In this document: positions 42,879-52,783 of the stretch, one piece after another | Layout: the number at the start of each line of letters is the position of its first letter | Numbering within the stretch: the first letter of the stretch is position 1 | Notes under the pieces: model-generated | What the model saw: the letters and a program-made list of their open reading frames with translations, nothing else | What the model was told of the DNA's origin: nothing | Database searches by the model: none | Translations under genes and position numbers: made by a program | Assembly: GCA_965206695.1 (NCBI GenBank) | Contig: CBDBKM010000008.1 | Location: 32,001 to 96,000 of the forward strand | Length of the DNA: 64,000 nt | Direction of reading: 5' to 3' | Origin: Chlamydiales bacterium | GTDB taxonomy: Bacteria > Chlamydiota > Chlamydiia > Chlamydiales > JAAZZY01

Positions 42879-44900
42879 TTATAGTGCTTTATTTTTTAAT
42901 AATCGCAAACTATTTAACCCAACTAAAACGGTTCCTCCTTCATGAAGCACCACAGCTAGCCAAAGAGGGATCCAGCCTAAGAGAGCCGGTGTAGAAATAA
43001 AAACAATAATACCGGCTGCTAAAAAAACGTTTTCTTTTACAATCTGTTGAGTGGACTTAGCCTTTTTCAGTAACCAAGGAATAATAGTAAGCTTATCCTG
43101 AAGAAGGACAACATCCGAGGCATCGATAGCTGTTGTACTCCCCAACTTACCCATTGCAATTCCCACAGTAGCTCTAGCCAAAGCAGGAGCATCGTTAACA
43201 CCATCACCTACCATGACTAACCCACTATTTTTAGCTAGGTCAGCTACCATTCTCAGCTTATCTTCCGGCTTTAAATCAGAATGGTAATTGCCAATAGCTA
43301 ATTCTTCAGCTACTTTTTGAACACTTGTTTTATGATCTCCACTTAAGATATAAGACGAATAATTAGCTTTTTCTAAGTTCTTTAGCATCTCATTCGCTTC
43401 AGGCCTGGCAACATCCTGAAAATGAAATATTACAATTTTATTTTCAACCAAGAGAGCTGCTAAAATATGACCGTCTTGCATAGATAGTTGAGCTTGATCA
43501 GATAACTGACTTTTTCTTTGACCTGATAGTTTTTGAATAATAAAATCGATTTGACCAATAGCTACCGGAACATTCTTATCATTAATCATTACCTTAGCCT
43601 CTAAGCCATAACCTGATTGAGCTTTAAAAGCTTCTATTTCAATTGGCTCTATCTTCTTTTGAGAAGCGTAATCTATAATAGCAGTAGCAATCGGGTGCAT
43701 CGCATGCCTTTCTAAGGCCGCCGCAATAGCGATTGCCGTATCGATCTCTTCCGGAGATTGATTATCCAAACCTTTGATATCAATACAGGTTAAACTTCCT
43801 GTTGTAAGCGTTCCGGTTTTATCAAAAGCGATTGCTTGACAACCGGCTAAAGAATCTAAAGTAAGGCCCCCTTTTAATAATATCCCCTGCCTGGCACAAG
43901 CGCTAATAGCACTGAGATAAGCAATAGGGACTGCAATAATTAAAGCACATGGCGATGCCGCTATTAGAAAAGCTAAAGCTCGATAAATAGAGCCTTCCGA
44001 ACCTAAAAAATCTACGGATATAAAATAAGGAAGACTAACACCAAAAAAGAAAGCTAATAAAATAATCGTAATAGCATAGGCTCTACTAACTTTATCAAAC
44101 CAACGTTGTAACTTCGGTTTTTTAGACTGAGCTTCCCTAATTAAACGGATAATTCGAGATATAGTCGAATCGTTACTTTTACAAGTAATTTTTACGACTA
44201 AAGCCCCTTCCAAGTTATGTGCTCCTGCAGGAACAGCATCCCCTACCTTTTTTAGTACCGGTACATGTTCCCCTGTTAAATGAGCCAAATCCAAAGAAGA
44301 AGCCCCCTTAATAACGTCTCCATCCAGAGGAATAATTTCTCCGGATTTAATCATAATGTCGGTGCCTAATTGGATATCTTTTACCGAATATTGAATTAAG
44401 GTTCCATCAGGGTTAACCACCCAAGCCTTGGTAGGGGAGAGTTTATGTAAACTATTTAGAGTACCTCTTACTTTACTCATTACCGATTCTTCCATGGCTC
44501 CCGAAAAAGCAAATAAAACCAATAAAAGAGCTCCTTCCATACTGCTATCAATAACAATCGATAAAAAAGCAGCTAATACCATCAACACATCTATATTAAT
44601 TTCTAACTTTAAAATATCTTGAATAGCATGAATAAAAGCCGGAATACCAACAAAGCAATACACGAAGATTAAAGCGATATTAGAAAGAGGGAGCAGGCTT
44701 GAATAGAATGACAAGACAAATGAAAAAATTAATAGACAGGCAGACAATAACGATATTTTCAAAGAAAGATTTTTTGCCCAGGATCTGGATGATGAGGTCA
44801 AAAAGGGACTAATACTCTCCTCTTTGCCCGCGGCAAAGAACTCGTTAAATTGAAAGGGGTGCTCCGGGGCTATTAACTTTTGATAGAAGAGTTTGGACAT
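42879..44900 (-). CDS. Heavy-metal P1B-type ATPase (SPC motif, P1B-4-like)
   Basis: LTGE, ASPCAL, DKTGTLT, HP, GDGVNDAPAL, HEGGT. Confidence 0.92.
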   Translation of the reverse strand: MSKLFYQKLIAPEHPFQFNEFFAAGKEESISPFLTSSSRSWAKNLSLKISLLSACLLIFSFVLSFYSSLLPLSNIALIFVYCFVGIPAFIHAIQDILKLEINIDVLMVLAAFLSIVIDSSMEGALLLVLFAFSGAMEESVMSKVRGTLNSLHKLSPTKAWVVNPDGTLIQYSVKDIQLGTDIMIKSGEIIPLDGDVIKGASSLDLAHLTGEHVPVLKKVGDAVPAGAHNLEGALVVKITCKSNDSTISRIIRLIREAQSKKPKLQRWFDKVSRAYAITIILLAFFFGVSLPYFISVDFLGSEGSIYRALAFLIAASPCALIIAVPIAYLSAISACARQGILLKGGLTLDSLAGCQAIAFDKTGTLTTGSLTCIDIKGLDNQSPEEIDTAIAIAAALERHAMHPIATAIIDYASQKKIEPIEIEAFKAQSGYGLEAKVMINDKNVPVAIGQIDFIIQKLSGQRKSQLSDQAQLSMQDGHILAALLVENKIVIFHFQDVARPEANEMLKNLEKANYSSYILSGDHKTSVQKVAEELAIGNYHSDLKPEDKLRMVADLAKNSGLVMVGDGVNDAPALARATVGIAMGKLGSTTAIDASDVVLLQDKLTIIPWLLKKAKSTQQIVKENVFLAAGIIVFISTPALLGWIPLWLAVVLHEGGTVLVGLNSLRLLKNKAL

Positions 44901-44932
44901 GACAACTAAATTTTATTAAGAGAATTAAGTAA

Positions 44933-45694
44933 TTACGATAGAATTAAGTATAATACCCAATTCATCAAAAAATAGACAATACCAAAGGCTAATATAGTAA
45001 TAGCTATATTCCAAATAAATGAAGGTAAGAGCGCATTTTTTTGTAATTTCGAGATAATTGTCCCGGTAAAGGCAATAACTGCGCCGGCAGCTATTTCTAT
45101 ACCAAAATCGGGAATAAAGAACAAGCCGATAGCAAGGATAACAACAGAAAAAAGAACCCCTATACCTGCAGCAATACCTTGTTTGACAGGATGTTCATAG
45201 ACACCCACATTAAGTCCTAATTCTTCTTCAACCATAACACGTAAAAGGCGTTCGTCATCGGCCATTAATACATCGACAACATCATGTAATAACTTCCCTT
45301 CAAAACCCTTCGCAGCATAAAGAGCGGCCAACTCTTCACGTTCTTGTTCTCTATGATGTTCTATTTCGTATTTTTCCTCTTCGACTAGCCGGTGCAATCT
45401 TTCCAATCCGGACCAACCGGCCCAGATACTCCGTGATATTTTCCAAATCAAAAAGCCAAGGGAAAAAATGCCCAAAAGCAGCACCTGTTGATAAAAGGGC
45501 AATAACATTTGAGAAATTATCACGCCAATAATCATCAACGCAATAGCTGTTTCTCTAGCAGCATCAAAAGCTGCTAAAAAACTATCCGATATCTCTTCTC
45601 CATGAATTTCAGATGCTATTTGGGCCCGTTTATTTTGAATATGATCATAAGGTGTTTGACCTTCAAAATGGCTTTGATTGGCTTCAGCATTCAT
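44933..45694 (-). CDS. VIT1/CCC1-like membrane protein
   Basis: EKYEIEHHREQEREELAALY..KGF..MVEEELG with flanking TM helices. Confidence 0.75.
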   Translation of the reverse strand: MNAEANQSHFEGQTPYDHIQNKRAQIASEIHGEEISDSFLAAFDAARETAIALMIIGVIISQMLLPFYQQVLLLGIFSLGFLIWKISRSIWAGWSGLERLHRLVEEEKYEIEHHREQEREELAALYAAKGFEGKLLHDVVDVLMADDERLLRVMVEEELGLNVGVYEHPVKQGIAAGIGVLFSVVILAIGLFFIPDFGIEIAAGAVIAFTGTIISKLQKNALLPSFIWNIAITILAFGIVYFLMNWVLYLILS

Positions 45695-45701
45695 CGATTT
45701 A

Positions 45702-46985
45702 CTATCTCACTAATATTTTTTCTAACAGGGTAATCAAATCGGTATAATCTGAGCAAGCAGCAAGCTCTCTAGTAGAATGCATAGATAATTGCGCACACCC
45801 TATATCCACTAGTTGAATACCGGACTGTGTTTCAAAAACGGGACCCAAAGAAGCCCCGGCTCTTAAATCCGTTCGTCTAACATAATGCTGATATTTGAGT
45901 TTATTAGCCTCACAAATTCTTACCACTTCTCCGGCAGTTATCGCATTACTTGCATAGGCATGCTGAGCATCTGCTTTCACAACAATACCTTCACCTAAAA
46001 GAGGCGAGTGATTCGGTTCTGTAGCTGAGGCATAATTTGGATGTAAGCCATGAGCACCGTCGATTGATACCCCAAAAGCATTGGCTAATACTTTAAAATA
46101 ATCCTCTCGCCCTTCACCGGTTGAAAGAATAATGCGCTCAAGGCAATGAGAAGCAAAAGGAGAGGCGGCTCCCTGGCCGGTGGATGACCCTATTTCTTCA
46201 TTATCCCAAAACACAGCCATTTTTAAATGATGAGAGCCGGACTTCTTTGCTCGAACAAGAGCTTGTATACCGGCAAAAGCGCTCAGTAAATTATCTATAC
46301 GTCCGGAGGCAAACAGCTCTTGATTATAACCTATTAGCTTCGGTTCCTCTAAGGGGTATAAAAATAATTCGTGGCTCAAGATTTTTGAAAATGCAAGCTT
46401 TTTTTTTAACAAATATTCAAGATAAGAACCTTTTTTGTTAAATCCAATAGCTGCAATCGCATTAAGATGGTCTTGAGGATTTAGGATAAGCCCTTTTTGA
46501 TTCACCTTATTATCTAAATGAATCGCCAGTTGAGGAATCACTAATGGACTATCTTCGATATGCACCAGCTTTTCTTTTAACCCTTTATTCTTATCTAAGT
46601 AAACAACCCTACCTGCAATACCCAGATCTCTATTTAACCAGGAAGAGTATAAAGGCCCCCCATAGACTTCTACTCCAAAGAGAGTCATATTCTCCTTTTG
46701 AATTTCGGGAGTTGGTTTAAGACGCAATAAGGGGCTATCGATATGGCTAGCCAGTAACGTTGTCGAACGAATCCCTTTTTCAGGGAGAATAAAGGCTATT
46801 AAGCTAGAATCATTACGAAGAACAAAATATTTTCCCTTAGGCTTTAATTTCCAATTATCTTTTTCTTTAAGCTCTTCAAAGCCTTCATTTTTTAACAGTG
46901 CTTGCATTTCGCTACTCGCATGCCATGCAGTAGGAGAGCGTTTTAAGAAAGTAAAGAGTTTTTTTATTTTTTCAGACATATTCAA
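45702..46985 (-). CDS. M18-family aspartyl aminopeptidase
   Basis: SPTAWH, SHIDSP, GVEVYGG..WLNRDL, RIDNL, DNEEIGS, AHGLHPNY, QLSMHSTRE. Confidence 0.92.
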   Translation of the reverse strand: MNMSEKIKKLFTFLKRSPTAWHASSEMQALLKNEGFEELKEKDNWKLKPKGKYFVLRNDSSLIAFILPEKGIRSTTLLASHIDSPLLRLKPTPEIQKENMTLFGVEVYGGPLYSSWLNRDLGIAGRVVYLDKNKGLKEKLVHIEDSPLVIPQLAIHLDNKVNQKGLILNPQDHLNAIAAIGFNKKGSYLEYLLKKKLAFSKILSHELFLYPLEEPKLIGYNQELFASGRIDNLLSAFAGIQALVRAKKSGSHHLKMAVFWDNEEIGSSTGQGAASPFASHCLERIILSTGEGREDYFKVLANAFGVSIDGAHGLHPNYASATEPNHSPLLGEGIVVKADAQHAYASNAITAGEVVRICEANKLKYQHYVRRTDLRAGASLGPVFETQSGIQLVDIGCAQLSMHSTRELAACSDYTDLITLLEKILVR

Positions 46986-48005
46986 TTACATAATCTTTGC
47001 TGCTTTTTCGAGCAAGTAAAGAGCCCACTCTTTATCTTTTAGTCGCTCTTTTTTAAATTCCAGGATCATTGGCTGCTTTTTTTTCAACATATGAAGGTAG
47101 GCTGAATCATAATAGGCAAGAATCAAATAGATAGCTTGTTCGAATTGACCTTGTTCAATAGCTCGCACTGCTTCCTTAGTCCTTTGACCTCCCAACTTTT
47201 TTTGAATACGCGTTGTTGCTCTGATTAATTCCTCTTTATCATATAAGCCGTACTGAGTATAGATTTTCGAGCATCTCTCTTTAATAGGACGATGAATAAA
47301 TAGATGATAAGCTTTTTGCATGCTTTTATAAAATGAATCCGGAATATGGCAAGTTCCGATTAACTTGCTCTCATCTTCTATCCATATGGGTTTATCCGGA
47401 TCAAAAGAGTTGAGTAAACAAGCCAGTTGATTTTCAAAATGCTCAGTACCGGGCTGCTGAACTCTACCAATCATACCATAGCTGCTCCCTCTGTGATTGG
47501 CCAGTTCTTCCAGATCAATAATCTGTTCACCTAATAGAGCCATTTGCTTTAAAATATCTGTCTTTCCACTGCCGGTAAAACCACTGAGGCAAATAAGTGG
47601 CCATTCTCTTTCAAATAACTGCATACCCCATCGTCGAAATTCTTTATATCCTCCCTTTAACGTGATAACTGAAAGCCCAATAAAATCGAACAACCATGCC
47701 ATTGCACGACTCCGTAGCCCGCCTCTAAAACAATAAATTTTACCTACTTGATTGCCTAAAGTCAACTTGGCTTCTTGAGCCAGCATTTTCATTTTAGGCC
47801 CGACTAAGCCAAGCCCTTCTTCAATTGCGAGCTCTCTTGATTGTTGTTTATAAATAGTGCCTACTCCGGATCTCTCTTCGTTTGAAAATAAGGGAATATT
47901 CAAAGCATCAGGAATATGAGCCTTTTGAAATTCTAAAGGACTTCTAACATCAACCATTTTACCCTTAAAGGCTAAAAAAGTTGGCACATCATTGTAGATT
48001 TCCAT
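46986..48005 (-). CDS. mnmH: tRNA 2-selenouridine synthase
   Basis: Rhodanese domain DVRSP.EF and YCFRGGLRS, P-loop GFTGSGKT, DLEELANHRGS, EDES. Confidence 0.9.
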   Translation of the reverse strand: MEIYNDVPTFLAFKGKMVDVRSPLEFQKAHIPDALNIPLFSNEERSGVGTIYKQQSRELAIEEGLGLVGPKMKMLAQEAKLTLGNQVGKIYCFRGGLRSRAMAWLFDFIGLSVITLKGGYKEFRRWGMQLFEREWPLICLSGFTGSGKTDILKQMALLGEQIIDLEELANHRGSSYGMIGRVQQPGTEHFENQLACLLNSFDPDKPIWIEDESKLIGTCHIPDSFYKSMQKAYHLFIHRPIKERCSKIYTQYGLYDKEELIRATTRIQKKLGGQRTKEAVRAIEQGQFEQAIYLILAYYDSAYLHMLKKKQPMILEFKKERLKDKEWALYLLEKAAKIM

Positions 48006-48046
48006 TGGTCTTCTTTTTTTTGTCGGGAGCTGTCAAGATTCCTAAG

Positions 48047-49336
48047 TCAACAACTCTCTTCCGGCGGCTTAAGTACCTCAACACCTCCCAAATAAGGGAT
48101 TAAAGCCTTAGGTAAGGTAATCGATCCGTCCGCATTCTGATTGTTTTCTAAAAGAGCTACCATTAATCTGGAAGTAGCCAAGCCCGAACCATTTAATGTA
48201 TGAACAAGCCGGGGTTTCTCTCCTTTTTCACGATGGCGCACATTTGATCTGCGAGCTTGAAAATCGGTACAGTTAGAAACCGAAGAGACTTCATAATACC
48301 GATCTTGTCCGGGCAACCAAACCTCTAAATCGACTGTTTTAGCAGCAGAAAAAGACATATCCCCTGTTACCAATAACATAACACGATAGTGAAGCTCCAA
48401 TAACTTCAAAATCTCTTCTGCACTATTAATAAAAGAATCAAAAACTTGATTGCTTTGATCCGGCTTAGTAAAAGCAAACATTTCAACTTTATTAAATTGA
48501 TGCGTACGAATTAATCCTCTTTCTTGTTTTCCGGCAGCTCCGGCTTCTCTTCTAAAGCAAGGGGTATAAGCCACATATTTTAAAGGTAATTCTTCAGCAG
48601 ATAAAATTTCATCAAAATGTAGGGCATTTAAAGCAACCTCTGCTGTTGGAATAAGATAAAGAGGATTACCTTTTTCTTCTACACAATAGGCTTGACCTTC
48701 AAACTTAGGTAGCTGACCCGAAGCGAACATCATCTTTTTACGCACTAATAAGGGAGGGATCCACTGAATAAATCCATTTTTAACATGTATATCTATCATG
48801 AAGCAAATAAGAGCCCATTCTAATCCGGCCCCCAAAGATCTATAAGCCGGCCACCCCCCACCGGACACTTTAGCCGCACGCTCAAAATCAAATAAGCGAT
48901 GTATCTCATTTAATTCCAAATGATTCTTAAAAGGGAAATCAAATGAAGGTTTAATCCCTTCGTCTTTTAAACAGATATTATCTGCAACATTTGTTGAATC
49001 CTTAATCTCTTCTGTTGGTAGATTAGGTAAACAAGCGAGTTCAAAATTCAGCTTCTCTTTTATTGGACTCAATTCTTCTTCCAGACGAGCGATGTCATCA
49101 CCTTTTCCGGTTACTTGCTGCATCTTTTCGCCGGCATCTTCATTCTTTCGCTTTAATTCACCTATCATTTTCGAAATGGCATTGCGCTCAGCTTTTAAAG
49201 CCTCTACCTTCATTTTAAGATCTCTATATTGTTTATCTAATTGAATAACCTTAGATAAATCGACTTCCGGATCTTTTGTCTTGAGTTTCTTTGCAATTCC
49301 AACAGCATCTTCGCGAATCAATTTAATATCGAACAT
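48047..49336 (-). CDS. serS: Serine-tRNA ligase
   Basis: LIPTAEV, CFRREAG, RTHQFNKVE, EVSSVSNCTDFQARR, TLNGSGLA. Confidence 0.97.
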   Translation of the reverse strand: MFDIKLIREDAVGIAKKLKTKDPEVDLSKVIQLDKQYRDLKMKVEALKAERNAISKMIGELKRKNEDAGEKMQQVTGKGDDIARLEEELSPIKEKLNFELACLPNLPTEEIKDSTNVADNICLKDEGIKPSFDFPFKNHLELNEIHRLFDFERAAKVSGGGWPAYRSLGAGLEWALICFMIDIHVKNGFIQWIPPLLVRKKMMFASGQLPKFEGQAYCVEEKGNPLYLIPTAEVALNALHFDEILSAEELPLKYVAYTPCFRREAGAAGKQERGLIRTHQFNKVEMFAFTKPDQSNQVFDSFINSAEEILKLLELHYRVMLLVTGDMSFSAAKTVDLEVWLPGQDRYYEVSSVSNCTDFQARRSNVRHREKGEKPRLVHTLNGSGLATSRLMVALLENNQNADGSITLPKALIPYLGGVEVLKPPEESC

Positions 49337-49648
49337 GAATCATCCTTTAAAAATTCAAATTACTATGAAATAATGATACAAAAAAAAATGGTACGTCCGA
49401 TGATGATTAGTTTGTGTTTAAAAGTCAATTTCAACGCTTGAATTTCAGATCCTCCCGTTAAAAAGATATTTTTATAAAATGACTTCTAAAAATAAAGATC
49501 GATAATTTTTGGAATAAAAAACATCCTACCGATAAAGTCATCTCGGCTCACCCTCGATAAAAAAAAGTACACCCTTTAGAATCAAGACATTTTTTTGCAC
49601 TCGGCTCATTATGAAGTATCGAATAGATCTTTTAACTTCGCTCCTTTT

Positions 49649-50955
49649 TTATGTGCTATACATAAACAAATCTACCCGTGAATCAATATAAAAAATTAAA
49701 AATAAAGATCTTAGACGAGACCATAATACAATCTTTCTTTTCATTTTCTTTAATGCGTTTTGAAATAATCCGCAACATCTTTGCTGTACTTGACCCAATA
49801 AAAATGCCAAAAACATAAGTAACCCTAAAACATGACTGAGGTGTTTACAACCATGCCCAAAATTATGTTCAAATTGATAGCCTTGATTCTTAAGAGTATT
49901 AAACGTTTCATTTTCTATTTTCCGGCTTGCTCTACCTCCTTTTGCTAATTGATATACATTCTCTGTCGTTACCGTAATATCAGTCATCCAAGAAAAATGC
50001 CTTTTTTTGCCTTTTTTATCTGTTATCATACAATCAATAAAATTTAATTCTAAATCATGATGTTTATCATTAAGAGGAACACCGTTATAAAAACTAAGTT
50101 CGACGACTTCCTTGTCTGTTGTTATCGTTTTTTTCTTAAGAGGGCTCCTTTTACCAAGCGAATAAACCGGGATTACCCGGCGGTTTAGCTCCTACGATAA
50201 AGTGAGCTTCTATTGCCAAAATTTTTTGTAGATAAGGGCCTTTTGCAGACAATGCATCTTCCGTAAAAATGACTTCCAAACGGGAATGTTCTTTTTGAAA
50301 ATCGTTTTTAGTACTACCGTCTAATTTAGAGATCGGTTCGGGGCATAAAGGAAACACTTCTTTCCGGTCGGGATGAATAACTACTGCACCTAATATCTGA
50401 TGATAATAAGTCATACGACCGTCTCTAGAATGTTTTTCACAACAATTATCACAATGAACAGATGGTGAAGAAAACATACCCGTTCCGTCACACGTAATTA
50501 AAAAATACTTATTCAAAAATGTGTAATCTTCAAAAACTTTTCCTCTTTGAAGAAGAGAGAATACGGCAGTAAAAGCAGGTCTAATCCATCGAGAATCAAC
50601 TTGGTCAAGTCGTTCTCTCATACAAGTATCGGAAGGAATATTTGTAATATTGTAAAAAGTGCTTAAATTATGTTGAATGATCTCATCTTGACGTCCTTCA
50701 TCGAATTGTAGAAGTGAAGGAAACTAAACCGGACATCAAACAATCAGATAATGCAATTGTTGCTTTTAAACCTCTTGCATCTCGGTCTTTATTGGGAATC
50801 TTATTAAATACGGAACGAACCTTTAACAACATCCCTTTAACCGAAAGCCGGTTTTTCTCAATAGAATGCACTGCCGTATTTTTTTCTCCATTTTAAAAAA
50901 AATAATGAAAAAAAAGTATACATCATTGCGAAAAATTATTTAACGGGAATTGCCG
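49649..50955 (-). pseudogene. ISNCY-family transposase, multiply frameshifted, with left terminus
   Basis: Start at 50891; fragments DCLMSGL, PSLLQFD, PSDTCMRERLD, DGTG, KIENETFNTLKNQGY; terminus CGGCAATTCCCG near 50955. Confidence 0.8.
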
Positions 50956-51128
50956 GCGGATTTACGACTACATGAGATTTGATACAGACGTTGCTTTCAC
51001 GGGCAGATTCGTGGGTAATATTTTTTTAGCAGAAAAAATTTACCGTGAAGGCTGCATGGGATTTTAAAGTGATAAATCATCAAAAATCAGTTTTTGCAAC
51101 ACTACGCGAGAACTCTAGAAATAGGGAT

Positions 51129-52066
51129 TATAGTCATTTAATTTTATATTGATAAGATTGCTTGATCAATGGCGAATTTAAAATTCGTAACTTTTCGTAA
51201 TATCTCTCTAACTTTATTTTTCATATTAGCCCAATATTTTTCTATAGGATTTAAGTCCGGAGAATATGGAGGAAGAAACATAAGCTTACAACCGGCAGAG
51301 TCTACTATTTTCCTGCTTTCCGCTGACTTGTAAAAACCGGCATTGTCAAGAATAAGAACACTACCGGGTGTAAGCTGAGGAGTCAAAACTTCCTTAAGCC
51401 AAATATTGAATAACCCGGTATTACAAGTACCTTCAAAACACATTGGAGATAAAAACTGCCCTTTAGATAGGGCTGAAATAATATTTTGCCTTATAAAGCG
51501 GTTTCCTGAAACCGCTCCAAAAACTTTTTTGCCGCGTAAGCTTCTTCCGGACTCACGAAATAAAAATTGATGAATCCCGGTTTCATCGAGATAAATTCTC
51601 TTGTCAAAGGGAATATTTTTTAAATCTTTCATAAAAGCTTCCCGTTTCTTTTCATCTCTTTCCTTATAGCGAGTAGTTTTTTTTTCGTGTAATTTTTAAT
51701 CTTTTAAGGGCATAAAAAATCGTTTGCGGAGTGACTGAAAAATAATCAGCAATTTCCGATAAAAAATAATCCGGATGTTTTTCTACATATTTAGATAACA
51801 ACTCATCATCTAATTTCTTATAAGCATATTTTCTGCGGATTGGCTTTAAATGTCCTTTTTGCTTTTTTTGCAAGATCCATCGATATATTGTTGCGATACC
51901 TACTTGAAAAATATGGCCGGCTGTTTTTTTATCATGATGTTTTTCTATATGTTGTCATACTGTCTCTCGAAGATCTACTGAATAGGCTCTAGGCATTGTT
52001 TTATCCTTACTGTTTGTATAAAAAAAGAAGGATAACATATTATCAAATAAAAATTAAAATACTATA
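51129..52066 (-). mobile_element. IS630-family element, copy 4 (TGA at 51955-51957; A9 at the frameshift site)
   Basis: 938 bp, near-identical to the other copies. Confidence 0.95.
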
Positions 52067-52481
52067 CATCACAACTGCCCACTTCTTGTGTGGAAGACAA
52101 TGCCTCTAGGTTCCTTATATCTATTACTTCTTCATCTGATGATGTGATCGAAGGAGACTTTATTGCTTGTTCGATGGGTTGCATGGATGTATGGGATTGC
52201 TTTGAGGCCGTCTTGTGATTACAGGGGCTTCTGTTCTTGGAGCTTGAATCTGTCTTAATGCGGTTGATTCGACCGTATAAGCTTTCTTATCTTTTTTGTC
52301 TACAAGCTTTACAAACATTAGAAGCATTGGCTCCAATACAACCCCCTATAAGAGCTCCAATACCACCACCTACACAATTATTTATAAGGTCTGGACCGCA
52401 ACTACTAGTTTTTTTAAACGCGGATAAAAAGCTTGGAGGGTTAGGATGGTTCATATTTGATCCTGATGCTATACTTGTCAT
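52067..52481 (-). pseudogene. Frameshifted hypothetical gene ending at IS630
   Basis: AAGGA RBS; MTSIASGSNMNHPNPPS..GGGIGALIGGCIG; open reading continues in shifted frames down to the IS. Confidence 0.4.
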
Positions 52482-52783
52482 GATAAAATCCTTTTTTTAG
52501 AAGTTTATTAAAATATTTATATTCACTTTATTTTTTAAATAGATAGTTTAATTTACTAATAATCAATAGTATAAAGCATGTAAATAATAATACAATATTC
52601 GATTAACAACAAATTAGAATCCATAAATTCAAATTGTCGTTTATATAGATGAAGAATCAGATCTAGTTAATATAAGTGATTATATAGAACCTGCTAAACA
52701 AGATAACGATATTTTCTGCTTGTATCTAAGTATTCAGGAATGGCATATGATTATGAATTATGAAATACCATTAATTATTTATT

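Noticed and set aside
48025..48036. GGGAGCTGTCAA resembling an IS605 right-end tip
   Set aside because: 12-bp match only, with no hairpin or GAAT guide upstream
50990..51050. Imperfect hairpin between the ISNCY end and IS630 copy 4
   Set aside because: Mostly A/T-run pairing inside IS debris; no recognisable RNA family
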